Shown here piece after piece: positions 27,245 to 41,760 of a stretch of 64,000 nucleotides of DNA; the stretch's first letter is position 1; the number at the start of each line of letters is the position of its first letter. The notes beneath the pieces are model-generated. The model had not been told where the DNA came from and did not search any database. It saw only the letters and a list, made by a program, of their open reading frames with translations. Source of the stretch: the human T2T-CHM13v2.0 reference genome, Homo sapiens; assembly GCF_009914755.1 (NCBI RefSeq), contig NC_060934.1, one strand, 5' to 3'. The translations under genes and the position numbers were made by a program.

Positions 27245-28841
27245 TTGGCAGCTTTTAAACATGTTTTTATTAGTTTGTAGTCTTTAGAAGTTTAGTTACA
27301 ATGTGTCTTGGCATGAATTTCTTTGGGTTTATCCTGCTTGGGACTTACCAAGATTCTTTAGTCTTTAGGTTTATGTCTTTTGCCAAATTTGGCCAATTTT
27401 CAGCTATGATTTCTTTGAATCATTTTCTCAGCCCCACACACTTTCTCCTGTCCTTCTGGGACTCTGATGGCATGAATTTTGATTTTGTTTTTGTTATTGT
27501 TACATTGGTCCTTGAAGCTCAGTTCATTTTTTTTTAAATCTATTTTTTTTCTCTGTTGGTCAGACTGTGTAGTTTCTATTGTTCTATCATGAAATTCACT
27601 GATCCTCTCTTTGGTATATTTATTCTGCCATTGAGCTCATGCATTGAGTTTTTTTTTTGTTTCAGTTGTATTTTGGGGTTCCACAATTTCTGTTTGATTC
27701 TTTTTGTATCTTCTATTTATTTGCTAAGTCTTTCTCCTTTTTCACTTTGTTCAAGAGTATTTGTAATTGTTATTGTCTTTGAGTGGGGGGTGATTCTGGT
27801 CCTGCAGGAGGGCACCTCTCAGGCCACTTGGTGTTGGCAGAATGCTCACTGTTTGCTAGTGCCACTCAGAAGGGTGGAGTGCATTTCCTCAAGTCTCCTG
27901 GTGCTTCTTAGTTTTTGGGAGGTGGGTGAGAAACCCTGAGTTGCAGGGTGGACAGTGCTTCCCCAGGCCTCACGGTGTGTGTAGGGGGAGGAGGGAGACC
28001 CTGGGCTTGTGAGGGGGAGAACATTTATCCAGGTCACCTGGTGTTGATGGGCCCTATTCATCCTTGCTGGCACCCCTGGGGGTGGGCACGGTTTGTGGTG
28101 GAAAGTCCTTCCAGCGCTGCCTGGTGGGCCCTGGGCCAGAAAGGTTTTCCTGTGCTGCCTGGTGCCTGTAGCTGTCCTGCTCAGTCCCTGTCTGTGTCAC
28201 CTGATTCCTGCTGGTGTTGCCCGCTGGTGCTCTCCTGAGCCACTGGTGCCCATGGGTGTGGGGTGGGACGCTGGGCCTGTGGGTGGGGAGTGCTTTCTGG
28301 GCCACCCATGCCAGAGGGGCTCCTGGTTGTTCCAGCTGACGTGGCTGCTGAGGTGCTTCCCAGGGCCACTTGCTGGTGCTCAGTAGGAGTCGGTAGACCC
28401 CAGGACTGTGGGTGGAGACTCCACCAGACCACCCAGTGCTGCAGAGGCTCCTGGCTGACCTCTGCAGGCACCATGGACAGAGCAGAAAAGTATCCAAGAA
28501 AGATTGGGCTGGTTTCTGCCGCTTGGTGGGGTTGAGTAAGCTGGAGGTCTGGGCCTGGGCTGCCTTCTGCCCGCAGGTGGGGGTGGGAGCACTGGGATGC
28601 TGCCTTTCCTCAAGTCCTCAGGGCCTCCCCACTATCTGCTCTCCCCCTCCCACCTGTCAGACCCTTCCTTTGATTGTCACCTCATGGGGAGGAGCAGGGA
28701 GGGAGGAGTCTGTGCTGTCTCGTCAGAATCAGAAGTTGTTAAATCTTAACAGTGTCGTAGGAGGAAAAGTGGTTTTAAATTTTGATGAAATCCAAATAAT
28801 CAACTTTTTAAAAAGCCTTTAACAACTGTCTGTCTCCTGTG

Positions 28842-29412
<571 letters not shown>

Positions 29413-30261
29413 GTCTGTAGGATAAAACTGGGTGTGGCAGTTGACACCCCCATGATTGGGCCCTTGCAGTCTCTGTGGCTCTACCCAATTAGATGCTGAC
29501 CTGAAGTCCTTCGTGCATTAGGCTGTGGACCACGCACCTGGAACAGGCTGTCTCCCTCTCCCTAGCCGTTCTGTGGACCATGGGCCTGGGACACGCTTTC
29601 TCCCTCTCCAGCCTCCTTCTGGAGAGAATGTGACTCACACATTAAGATTAAGCCTAAAGATCAGGCCACTATCAACCTTTTTGACCCCTCTGATGCTGGC
29701 ACTCCCTCCAAATGTGTACCACAGTATCTGTGTCTGTAATATTTTACTGTCATCGTTTGTTATATTTTTACCATCATAGAGACTGTGGACCTATCGGGAA
29801 CCATGTCTCTCTCCCGGCATGACACCTAACTTGTGGCAGCACTGACTGAAGAAGTGCTGACCTGTGTTCCATTCAGACTTAGTTAAAAAGAAAATGCTTG
29901 TCGGGTGACTGGAGGAGGACGGGTTCTTAAGCGAGTGGAACTTGGCCCGGTGGCGTTGCCTAAAGCTGCCGCCCTTCCTGGGCTTCTGCATCTCATGCTC
30001 ATCTCCCAGGTTCCTGCCCCTCTCACCTCACCGGCCTAGGAGATGAGCGGCCTCCATCCCTTACAACTATGCACAGCATGGCAATTCCCCACAGAGACCG
30101 TCTTTTCCCCTTGATCCTAACTCAAAGCATAGGCAGTTTTCCCTGACTCCGTTTATGTTTTCTGCATAGGGTATTAGGGGCTAGTTATCTCCTCAGTACA
30201 TTTCTCTATATCTTGAAAAGAAGCTTAATATACACAAAAGCAGCAACTACAATTATTCAGC

Positions 30262-30360
30262 TTATACATTGTCAGTAACCTGTCTTCCACCATATTATAC
30301 ATTGTCAGTAGCCTCTCTTCCACCATATTATACATTGTCAGTAGCCTCTCTTCCACCATA
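30262..30360. repeat. 33-bp x3 tandem repeat (TTATACATTGTCAGTAGCCTCTCTTCCACCATA)
   Basis: Three contiguous near-identical copies. Confidence 0.95.
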
Positions 30361-30929
30361 TAACCTCACAGTTAGAACCATTACATTCCCATGGCGCGTC
30401 CTAGGCACAGTCTCTCTAGCCTTAGAAAGCTAACGTCATCTTAACCTTGCAGCCACAGCCAGCAGCTGTGAAGACTGGGGCCAGAGGAAGCTGAAGTGTG
30501 GTGAGCGGGTTGCTATGGCAGTTATCAGCACTTTCAAATATCACAGGGTGGAAATTGCTTCGCTCAGCAGTGTCCGTTTTAATCTGCACATTAGTCCTTT
30601 CTGCAAATCAGCGCATGGTAGGAACCTGATCTGCTGTTAGATTGAGTGGCTCCACGGTCCCTCTTTGTGGAGGGGGAGAGATAAGAGAGAGGGACAGTTC
30701 CCAACAACCTCTGCCTCTTCTGCCACCATGGATTCCGCTGACAGGAGAGGCTTTCTTGCCACTCAGGAGCCTGTGCGTCCTGGACAAGCTGGGACGAGAG
30801 CTGCTGGGCGGCGCACACCGGGGGCACAGGCCACTGGATCATGGTTGGCTTTGTCCTCAGGCTCCCTTCCCAGGGATGCTTCCCTCCTGATCCATCCTCA
30901 GACAGGTGGCCCCCTCCTGACTTCCCTCC

Positions 30930-31160
30930 ATCACACACGTGTACACATGCACACACACGAGCACACACGAGCACACACGTGCACATGCATGCACCACACA
31001 AAATGCACATACGCACACATGCACCACACAATACAACCATGTGAGCGTGCACATGTGAGCACACACACCACAGATATACATGCATATGAGCATGCACAGA
31101 GGTATCCACACACCACACACATACATGCACACGTGTGAGTGCACACATGTGCCCACAAAC
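30930..31160. repeat. Degenerate (CA)/CATG/TGCA simple repeat
   Basis: Alternating purine-pyrimidine tract. Confidence 0.9.
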
Positions 31161-32532
31161 GACAGAGGCACCCTTGGCCCTGTTCTCTGCTCCAGCTGCA
31201 GAAGCCCCTGCCCCCGCTTTGATGGTGTGGTTGTGATTCACGGAAATAGTCAATCCAGTATCTGCCTCAGCCCAGGGCAGAGGGGCGTGACGGACAGACG
31301 CCCAGGCTTGAGCGAGTGTGCGTGCGGACGTCTGGGTGCGTGTGCTGCTGAGCATGGAGGGCCAACGGATCCACATGTGACAAGTGGAGCGCTGAGGTGG
31401 GCCTGGGCACTTTGTGGTGAAATTTGCAAAGGTCTATGAGACAAGAGGGAGCCCTGGAGAAGAGGCCCCGGAGCACCAGGTGTCCTAGAGGGAGGGTCAG
31501 AGATGGAGGCTGATGGTCACAGGAGAGAGGAAGAGGGCAGAGTGAGGAAGGATGGGAACGAAGAGGAGAAGATGGGGTGGACCAGCCGAGTCTGTGAAGG
31601 CCGAGGTGGGCGTGCAGCATCATTTTCTACCTTCACAAAATGTTCTCTATGAGAAGCACCAGTAGAGCAGTGAGGCTGTATCCTGAGAGCAGCATTGGGC
31701 TCTCTTAGTTATTCACAAAGGCCTGGACCCGGAGGGACTGAGTCCACGGAGTTCCTCCACGATTCCTCATTTCCTCCCGGGCGCTGGAGCCTGGTGAGCC
31801 AGGCGTGGCCACAACCCCTGGGATGAGTCAGTAAATCTGGGGCTTCCCACATCCATCTGTGGCATGGAGGGAGCCATCTCTGGACACTACCAGAATGTGG
31901 TCAAGAACCCAAAAGCCTCATGAGCAGGGGTGTGGTGGGGAGAGAAGAATTAATACTGCCTTTATCAGCCACTCCATCATGCATCAGGTAGCACCATTTA
32001 CACCTCGTCCGGAGAATGCAGCCTTGTGGCTTGTTTGCAAAGAACAGTGCTTGTCCTGTAAGTCAGAGCCTCAAAGAATGAGTTGATTTCAGGTTCTGAA
32101 ATATCTCTTATGTTTTGGTTCAGGAGTTTTAGTGAAATAAAAGATGGATCTAGTTTGAACTGGTTCAACAGGTAATCACAAGTTGAGCTGATTCATCTAG
32201 AAAAAAGATGACTTTCTGGGCTCTTTCATTCTTTAGTTTGGTTCACAGCCTCGTTAGACATTAACAGAGGAACCTAGTGAGGGTTAGTGTGGATAGGAGC
32301 GTGTGTAACCTGTGTGGCATGCAGCCTTCTCAGCTAAACATGGACCTCAACGCCCTTCCTACCATAGCAGCCACAAGCCAGAAACATCAGCCACTGTCTC
32401 TGGAGAGCGCCTGGCTATTTGGGTCTCATCTGTCTCCAAGATTTGATGGGTGATTCACTCAAGTACCAGTGCTGTTCACGAGAGCCTTCCAGGCGGGGGG
32501 TGTTGTGCAGCTTCTACGTGTGTTAAGAGTAG

Positions 32533-32902
<370 letters not shown>

Positions 32903-33265
32903 TGATGCGTCAGTCTGGTGTCACCGTTGGAACTGCAGAAACTTTTATCTGGAGATGTGAACGGAAAAGGGGTTGAGTGTTCTGAGAGCCTTCTGCACGG
33001 GAGCAGCTCCAGTCTCAGTCCATATTCCACGGCTGACCACAGAACCTGCCAAGAGCTGTCCTCGGGAGCAGCAGGCGTCCAGCGTATCCTGCCGCCGCCT
33101 GACCCAGAAACTCCATGATTTTATGTCCTTTATCAAGCAGACAGAATTCTCCATGGTTGCTGTTGTTTAAAAGCTATGGCTCCTGATTAAAAAGTCATGA
33201 GCATGCCGTTAGCAGAGCTGAGCCCTCAGTTTAGGGAGCTGAGGATCGAGCATCTGATGTCCTTG

Positions 33266-33513
33266 CAGGAGGCAGGGCGTTCCCCAGATCCGAGGGGTTC
33301 AGATGCAGGACGGCCCAGCAGAGCAAGAGGATGTGTGCCCCACGGCACACAGGAGGCAGGGGGTTCCCCAGATCCGAGGGGTTCAGACGCTGGACGGCCC
33401 AGCAGAGAGGATGTGTGCCCCACGGCACACAGGAGGCAGGGGGTTCCCCAGATCCGAGGGGTTCAGACGCTGGACGGCCCAGCAGAGCCAGACAACATGT
33501 GCCCCACGGCACA
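33266..33513. repeat. 80-84-bp x3 minisatellite
   Basis: caggaggcaggg..ttccccagatccgaggggttcaga starts at 33266, 33350 and 33430. Confidence 0.95.
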
Positions 33514-35101
33514 CCGAAGTGAACCACAGAGCAATGACTCTGAGACAGAACTATGAGGAAGAGGCAGAAGCTTCCTAACTCAGTCTCTCCTGGAATCCAA
33601 CTTAAGAAGAGCCCTGCCCGGCCTGCACTCACCGTCAGCGCACTCCCACGCGTGCACACAGGGGTAGACAGTCACGGCTTCTGCACTGGATAACTGACGC
33701 CTTGCAGAGAAGTGACTGAGCTCACAGACCCACTTGGAGACATTAAACGTTGGCTTGGGCAGAGAATGGATCAGGAGCTCCTGACCACCCCAGTTCGATT
33801 CTCCAAACCTGAGAGTAGGCATTTGTGCTGACTGGCAGTACCCAGAGGGCCGACATCTGTTGCCTGCAAGGATTGACTAGGAAGCTGGACAGCTTTCAAG
33901 TACATCTAACAGTCATGGCAAGTCTAATGCTGGTAAATGGTGCAGAATCAATCATGCAGTCCAGTTTTGATACAGTTCTAAAACCTCATATTCCTGACTA
34001 AGGAAGCCAGAGGTAAAGGGACAATGGTCTCTTTCTTCCCCTGAAGTTATTTCTGTTAGCTGGTAAACCAGAGACCACATGAGAAAGAGAAGAAACAGGT
34101 TTTCTCGGAGGTCTTTCCGGTGTGCAAGGCCTGCCTAGACAAAATATGGTTCAAACTCCGCCAAAAATGTTCATAGAAGACACATTTGAGATCATTTGTT
34201 TTCTTCCTGCCTTTCTGGGAAAAAAAGAATTGCTTTGTTTTGTGAATATATGTACACATCAGGTATAAAAAAACACGTAGGCTTTGGTTTGTATTCAAAG
34301 ACTTCCAGTGAAACTGCGATAGTCCAAATTGCACCGTGTTGTTTTTCAAGGAAACACTCAGTACAGCCACGCAGCCTGTGCAGGGCGACATCGTAGGGGC
34401 CTGGGGTGGGAAAGGGCAACACCACCGCACACCCCCACCCCACTGGTGTCTCTGTCCCTCCCACGGGCCCTGCCCGCCTGACTCAGACAAGGGCCAGCCT
34501 CAGTTCTGGCTGGAAAGAAGTCAGCCGTTCCCTCCCCATGTCTCCAGGTGCCTTCTCAGTCCTCCTGCACAACTTCGTTCTGTCTTTTCTCTCTTCTGTG
34601 CTGATCTGTTTCCCGTTGTTCTAATCGCTCCCCTTTTCTCTTCCCCAGGGCTCTGGCTCTCCAGGTCCCCCTCCGGCCTCTGTTACTCTCATTTGTCTCC
34701 CTTGCCTGCACTCGCTGGATTCTCACAATTCATCCCACACGGAGCACCTGATGGCCTTCCTGCCAGCGTCAGGGAGCAGGGCAGGGGCGTGAAACCCTGG
34801 GAAAGTGAATGGAAGCTCCCGGGGGGCTGCCCAACATGCGCCTTTGCAGATCTTCAAAGACGCTCGCCAGTGATGCCAGGACGAAACACTTTGCAAACTT
34901 CTCTTCTAAGAACAAACCTTCACCAGACATTATCTTTAGTTAAAAAGCCAGTATTTTAACTTTTTCTACCTATTGATTTTCTATCTATCGATAGCTTCTT
35001 ATCAGGACAGTGTCCTGAGCAGTACAGGAAAATATGTACTTATACAGGATATTATAGAATTTTCTGAGAAATAGGAAAATCTATTTATTGGCGAAAGCTG
35101 C

Positions 35102-35552
35102 TGTGTGAGTTTCCTGGGGCTGCTGTCACGAACACAGACTCAGAGGCTGAACACAGGTTTGTTATTTCACAGTCTGTGGGTTAGAGTCCGACGCGGTGTC
35201 CGCTCAGTGATAGCCGGGCCCCTTCTGGCAGCTCTGGGGAGATGCCATTTCCCTTCCAGCCTCCGGGACCCCCTTGGAGGTCCCTCCCATCCTCACAGCC
35301 ACAGATGGCCCCACCTACCCCATCCTTCCCTTGTCCAGTCTCCCTCTGCCTCTTCTGCCAGCTTCCATGTAAGGGCCCTTGAGGTTACATGGGGTACACC
35401 CAGATGATCCAGGACAGCCTCCCTATTTCAAGGTCAGCTGGGTAGCTACCTCCTTTCCCTGAAGCTTTAATCCCTCACCATGGAGTGTTACGCAGTTGCA
35501 GGGCCTGGGATGGGGATGAGGATGTTTTTGAGGGACTATGACTGCCTACCAC
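35102..35552. mobile_element. MLT1 (MaLR) LTR
   Basis: tgtg..agtttcctggggctgctgtcac start; cagatgatccaggaca..tcaaggtcagctg; ends ctgcctaccaca. Confidence 0.75.
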
Positions 35553-36759
35553 AGCTGGTATAAATCTTAGATTACACTGAAATAAATTCCTTTTCATGAC
35601 CAGCATATGAACCAAACTAATCATATAATGTTTGAAAAGATCACTGTAGCTTTAAATTCTTTTATGTACTTATAACATGTTAACATCTGCTAGGCTTTGT
35701 AATAACTCTTTCATCTTCAACCATTCTCTAAAAATGTGTTTTCTAGCCTGTATTAGCTCTCTTTTTCTCTCCAAACCAGATAACAGTTGTTTAGCAGGAG
35801 AAGCCTTTCTCTGGGTCTCAATTTCCGTCTCTAAAATGAGATTTTTAGACTTCCTACCAATTTGTCATAAACATCAGAGTGATAAAATATGGTCTCTGTT
35901 GCAAAAAAATTTGCAATATTTAAGGGGAGATAAGAGATCTCCCCAAATGTTGAGAAATTTTGCAAGATTGCTTATATTTTTATTTGACCTTCTCTTTATA
36001 GAAATATCAGTGTTGAAGGGCGTGTAGTTCATATCCAAGAATTTACCTACAAGTGTTAGCCTAGGTCAGGACCTGCCTTTTCTAGGAAGGCCTGAGCTGT
36101 CTTTGGAGTGGGTGTCAGTGCAGGCTGGGGAGCCGGAGGAAGTGGGCCTTTCGCCTGGCTGTGTTCATACTTTGCTGCAGCAGCTGCGTGGTTATCGGGT
36201 TGTTTGGGAGTTTCGCAGTTTCTAGTTCTTCCTGAGGCACTGTGTGGGATTCCATCTCATCCCCACGCAGTGTGACATTTGGGAACCAGACAAGCGGTCT
36301 GTTGCGTTAGAAGGTGCCCAGGGGAAGATCCATGGACAACCCTTCACCTGGAGATTTAAAATCTACAATAAAGAAAGCATCTTGAGACCCCTGAGATGCG
36401 TACCTGGTTTTATGGCCAGAGCAGCGTCCGCATCTTCATCTCTCTCCATTGGCTCTCCCGCGATGAGTGCCTCCTCATCTCATGGGGGCCCTCCCCTCTG
36501 CCCCCAGCCGCATGGCCTCTTTTCGATTCTTCTCTGTAACCTGCTATGGTTTCTGCAGAGGCGCCCCACCTGCCTGCCATGGAGGGCCCTTCCTGCCTCC
36601 CCTCTGATCCTGTCAGGACAGGCCTGGAGCTTGTCAGTCACTTATGTCCTTTCCTGTCCTGCATCCGAGTCATCAGCTTGGGTCTCCAGCTACCCTGGGG
36701 ATGTGGAGTGTTGGGGACGAGGACAGGGCTGCCTGACCCCAGCCACCCTCAGGCTCCGC

Positions 36760-36940
36760 CCCATGTCCCAGGGCAGGCTGGGTTCTGTGGCTGTGCACCC
36801 TGGGCCCTGTATCCCCAGTGCAGGCTAGGCTCTGTGGCTGTGGCCCCTCGGTCCCGTGTCCCCAGGGCTGGGCTCTGTGGCTCTGCCCCCCCACCCAGGT
36901 CCCGTGTCCCCAGGGCTGGGCTCTGTGGCTGTGCCTCCCG
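36760..36940. repeat. GC-rich ~45-50-bp minisatellite (cccagggctgggctctgtggct), ~4 units
   Basis: Direct reading. Confidence 0.85.
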
Positions 36941-37799
36941 GGCCCCCCCCGGCACTGCACGGTGCTGTCATTGGCCTGTCAGGGCCCTGATGCTGTTTGC
37001 TTTGAAACATGCCCATCAACAGCCTCTGTTAAAACTGCCCAGGCTTTCGATGCCCCGATTGAAGGAGCCCACAGGCCTGCCTGGGCCTCATTCATTAACC
37101 TTGTCCACACTGTTCAGAAGCACAGAGACACTCATCAGCTCAGTGGCGAGGGTTTTGTTTCTGAGCCTGAGAAGCATGTTTGCTGCTGCATCTGATTTCC
37201 TTCAATAAACTTGAGATCACGTGATGGTGAGACGGGTCAGGGACTCCAAGCAGGGTCTGGAGAAGAGGTGACTGTCACGCAGCACTGATGGCAATGCTCA
37301 CGCTGCACACGTGTGTCCTCAGTGGGTCCGTGTGGTTGAGTGTTCTCCTGTGCGAAGGGAGCCACCTTTAGAGGGCCCCATGGCTGTTTGTGTGGACACC
37401 TTCTAGAGGAAAAGGCCCCTGGGGTCTGTGATGCGCATCTGAGGAACAGGGCTTCCCTGGGGCAGGGGTCCTAGGAGGTCATCTTCTCGCTCCTCTTTTT
37501 CTTTCTCTTCTCACTTTGCTCTCAAGGTCAGGGGCACTGGGGGGTGCAGCCACGTCTTCACAGCCCTGTTGTGGGGGCGGCCTTGGGTGGAAGAGGCCGC
37601 GTGGGTGCTGGAGCCGGCCGAGGGTCCCATCCCATCACCGCCCTCGAGTGACCACAGCAATCAGCACACACCCCAAAAGCACCCTGACAGTCACTACCAG
37701 CAAAACACACTCGAGAGAGGGTTTCGCATCACGACACGCTCACCACGGAGGCGAACAGCTCCCGAGTGATCCCGTGTGTGTGTGTGCAGCATGTGTGCA

Positions 37800-38085
37800 C
37801 CTGAGAGAAACAGACAGGGAGAGAGACAGAGACAGGCAGGGAGAGACAGAGATAGGGAGAGACAGAGACGACAGGAAAGACAGAGAGACAGAGTGAGATA
37901 ATAAGATACAGAGAGAGAGATGGACAGGGAGAGGCAGGTAGGGAAGGACAGAGAGACAGGGAGATACAGAGAGAGACAGGGACAGAGAGAGGTGGGGAGA
38001 GACAGAGAGGCAGGAGACAGACAGGGAGAGACACAGAGAGAGACAGGGACAGTAAGAAATAGAGATAGAGACAGGGAGAGACATC
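37800..38085. repeat. (GA)/(GACA)n purine-rich repeat
   Basis: Direct reading. Confidence 0.92.
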
Positions 38086-38877
38086 TAACTCTAAATGTGG
38101 CAGAGGCTGGTGGGTGTGATCAGGGTCAGGGGGCATGTAGGGGGTGGCGAGCAGAGGTGCTGGGGTCTGTGTGGGAAGTGAACGACTTACCAAGCTCAAA
38201 GGCAGGAATGGAAGATCCCCTGTATGGAGAGGCCGCTGTTGACTTGCAGGTTGACAGCTGACTCCTTCTTTTTCACCTGCCACAGCCCCTGTATAGGGAC
38301 CAATCATAATTTTTTCACTGAAACATGTGCAGGCAATCATGGGGAGAGGAAATGGCCATTTGGGGGTGGGGGGAGACTTGGAGAAAACCAGGCAGAGCTC
38401 TTGGGTTTTGAAGCATAGGGGAGCTTCCTAGGCTTTTGAGAGGGGGACCAGTGCGTTGCAGTTATTTCTGAGGAAGAACCATCTTCACCGGCTCATCCAG
38501 GATGGAGGGTGGAGGAGGAGCTGTCACGGCCAAGGGACTGAGGAGATGCTCGTGATGCCACCTCAGGATTCTGCAGAACCTGGCCTCGAACTGAACTCTG
38601 GAGAGAAAGAATCAATGATGACTGCAAAATTTTGAGAGTGGAGAACCGAGGAAGAAGGAATTGAAAAGTAAAAAAGGGAAAAAAAAGATGATTGAGTTCA
38701 GTTTTCCAAATGTCAGATTTCCAATCTATGAGGGACGTGGCTAACGTTTCCTCCAACAGTCATCGAAAGCAGGGTCGCCTTTGGCTGGCGCGGCGTGAGG
38801 GCCGCACCAGGGCAACAGAGAGTGGCCCGCTCAATGCCACGTGACCTGCACAGCCACAGGGTTCCATTTCCTTCACG

Positions 38878-39278
<401 letters not shown>

Positions 39279-40149
39279 TCCTTCACTTTTTTTCAAAAGC
39301 GAGAGCACCCTCATGTACACTGGGAGCTCACTTGAGCACCTTGGTGCTTCACCAGTGAAGGAGGGCTTGGGAGCCGCTTTGACCGTCATTAAAATAGCAT
39401 TTCAATGATAATACATCAAAAATGTAGTAATATGAAAACTGAAAAACTCCAGTGATGTTTCAAAGCAATGCAGTTTAAAAAAACCAATTCAATCCATTAA
39501 CCAAAATAAACTTGGGGGAAACAACGCATTTTCTATGCTGGCAAGCAGATGGCCAAGACTGCGTCTGTCTGGGGTGAAAATGCAGGTTGCATCCTGTAGG
39601 AAGCCAGCATAGGGACGGGCTGCTCACCTCCCAGGGCGGCAAGGCAGCCGCTGACTCCAGCAGGCCTTGAAACCTCCCCTGCAGACGTAAGAGCATCGTC
39701 TCAGGCAGCGCGGCCGCCAAGGTCTCACTGTATCATTCCAAAGCGGGCGAATTTCGAAACATCCAGCTGCTGGCAGCAATAGCAGAACCCACCATGAGGC
39801 TCCAGGCATTCGGATGCCGCCAGCGAGGCCAGCAAGCCCACCTCTCCCTGAGCTGCAGTTCGGCTTTCTTCCTCCACAAGCAGGGACGTGGCTTCAGGAA
39901 CCCGCTGGAGGAGACAAGGGGCCTCCGTGGTCTCAGCCCTCGCTTTGCGCATGGGCTCTGGCCTCGGCACCTGGGCATCTCCATCCTCCCGAGGGCAGTC
40001 GGAGGCTGAATGTCTTCAACAGGAGCACAGGCAGGAGAGAGAGAGCTCAGATGTGCTCGAGGCCGGGGTCCACCCCTGTTCTCCTGTGAGAGGGAGGCTG
40101 TGAAAATCCAGGAGACAACATCAAAGCGTTGTTTTCCAACACACTGGCC

Positions 40150-40660
40150 TGCGCGCCCTATGCTTTATGCAGATGAGGGATGGCGCAAGCACAGGCCTGC
40201 GCGCAGGGCTTTAGGCAGATGAGGGATGACGCAGGCACAGGCCTGAGCGTCGCACGCTTTGCGTAGATGAGGGATGGCGCCGGCGCAGGCCTGAGCGTCG
40301 CACGCTTTGCGTAGATGAGGGATGACGCAGGCACAGGCCTGAGCGTCGCACGCTTTGCGTAGATGAGGGATGACGCAGGCACAGGCCTGAGCGTCGCACG
40401 CTTTGCGTAGATGAGGGATGGCGCCGGCGCAGGCCTGAGCGTCGCACGCTTTGCGTAGATGAGGGATGGCGCCGGCGCAGGCCTGAGCGTCGCACGCTTT
40501 GCGTAGATGAGGGATGACGCAGGCACAGGCCTGAGCGTCGCACGCTTTGGGTAGATGAGGGATGGCGCCGGCGCAGGCCTGCGCGCCACGGGCTTTAGGT
40601 GGATGAGGGATGGCGCAGGTGCAGGCCTGCGCGCCTCACGCTTTATGTACATGAGGGATG
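40150..40660. repeat. CpG-rich 48-bp VNTR, ~10 units, two alternating variants
   Basis: GATGAGGGATG recurs at 40218, 40266, 40314, 40362, 40410, 40458, 40506, 40554 and 40602. Confidence 0.95.
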
Positions 40661-41406
40661 AGGCAGCACAGGAATTGGCACAACCTGAAGTCAGCTCTGC
40701 AGCTTTCCAAGGTATGAATGCCCGGGGAGCCAGCGCAGACCCCAGCACACCCCCTGGGCCCAGTGTCCCTGGAAAAGGACATTTCAGCTGAGCTAGGAAG
40801 GCTGAGAACAGTTTCCAAAGATACCTGTGATTCAGGTCTCCATTTGTGTCCCAAATGAAAGCGAGTGAAATGAAATATATATATATATATATATAGTTTT
40901 TGAGGTTTTGACAGACCCTAAGTCATAGTAGTTTAAAGTAGACAAAAACTATTTTCCTCCCCAATGTGAAACTGTTTTAATTAGTGAGGATTAGTTTCAA
41001 TGGTGAATGATAGAAAACCCCAAATAATAGAGGCCAAAACCCTTGCCATTTGGAGTGTCGTCAGCATTTCAGCAGGAGATGATGTAAGTCACAAGCCCGG
41101 GCTCTCTGGTCAGAGCTTGCATTTTGACAAGATCTGCAGGTGACTTATAGGCATGCTAAGCTTTGAAATAAAAGGGGGGTTTACTTCTCTCTCATATTTA
41201 AGTCTGGAAATGATCTCCCAACACTCAGTATTTGCCCCAGGAAGTCAGCAAGCCAGGATTTTTTTTTTTCATTTTCCAGCTTCGTTCTGCGTGTCCTGTA
41301 CTCAACAGTCATCTCATGCTGCAGGGTGGCTGCGTGTGCTCCGTACATCACACCCATATTTCAGGTAGGGACGGTTCCCGGAGGGTGCTCAGCACCATGC
41401 CGACTA

Positions 41407-41625
41407 CTGCTGGCTGGCACGTTCGCACGTGGCCATGTCAGCTCCAAGGAGGATGCTGACATCCTGCTGGCTGGCACGTTCGCACGTGTCCATGTTAGCT
41501 GCGAGGGCCATGCCGACATCCTGCTGGCTGGCACTTCCACAGGTAGCCATGTTAGCTGAGAGGGCGATGCCAACATCTTGCTGGCTGGCACGTTTGCACG
41601 CGGCCATGTTAGCTGCGAGGGCAAT
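41407..41625. repeat. 57-bp x4 minisatellite (CTGCTGGCTGGCACGTT...)
   Basis: Unit starts at 41407, 41464, 41521 and 41578. Confidence 0.93.
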
Positions 41626-41649
41626 GCTTCTGCAACTTTTGGTTTCTTC

Positions 41650-41760
41650 CCTTTCATCCTCCCACCCCTGACCGTTTTTGCCTGGGAGCAAGTGCCTAAT
41701 AAATTACCTGCACTCAAATCTTTGGCTCAGAGACTTTCCGAGAGAACCCAAGCTGAGGCA
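41650..41760 (+). mobile_element. Old ERVL-type LTR 3' end (LTR33-like)
   Basis: aataaattacctgcactcaaatctttggctcag..gaacccaagctgaggca resembles the ERVL LTR terminus. Confidence 0.55.

Larger units (their letters stand above)
23020..28700 (-). mobile_element. Long fragmented old L1 (3' end through ORF2/ORF1 to a GC-rich 5' part) hosting nested insertions
   Basis: L1M 3' motifs at 23200-24580; ORF2 remnant [14 protein letters not shown] (24733-24960); T-rich ORF1/ORF2 antisense to ~27780. The 5' boundary is uncertain. Confidence 0.7.

Noticed and set aside
30262-30360. 33-bp repeats with CRISPR-like length
   Set aside because: Copies are contiguous with no unique spacers; eukaryotic context; no cas genes.
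30591-31376. 261-aa minus-strand ORF and similar ORFs at 37729-38340, 51834-52348 and 60668-61427
   Set aside because: Driven by simple repeats or VNTRs that lack stop codons; low-complexity products.
40158-40748. 196-aa minus-strand ORF with 16-aa repeats
   Set aside because: By-product of a 48-bp (multiple of 3) VNTR; non-ATG start; no recognisable family.
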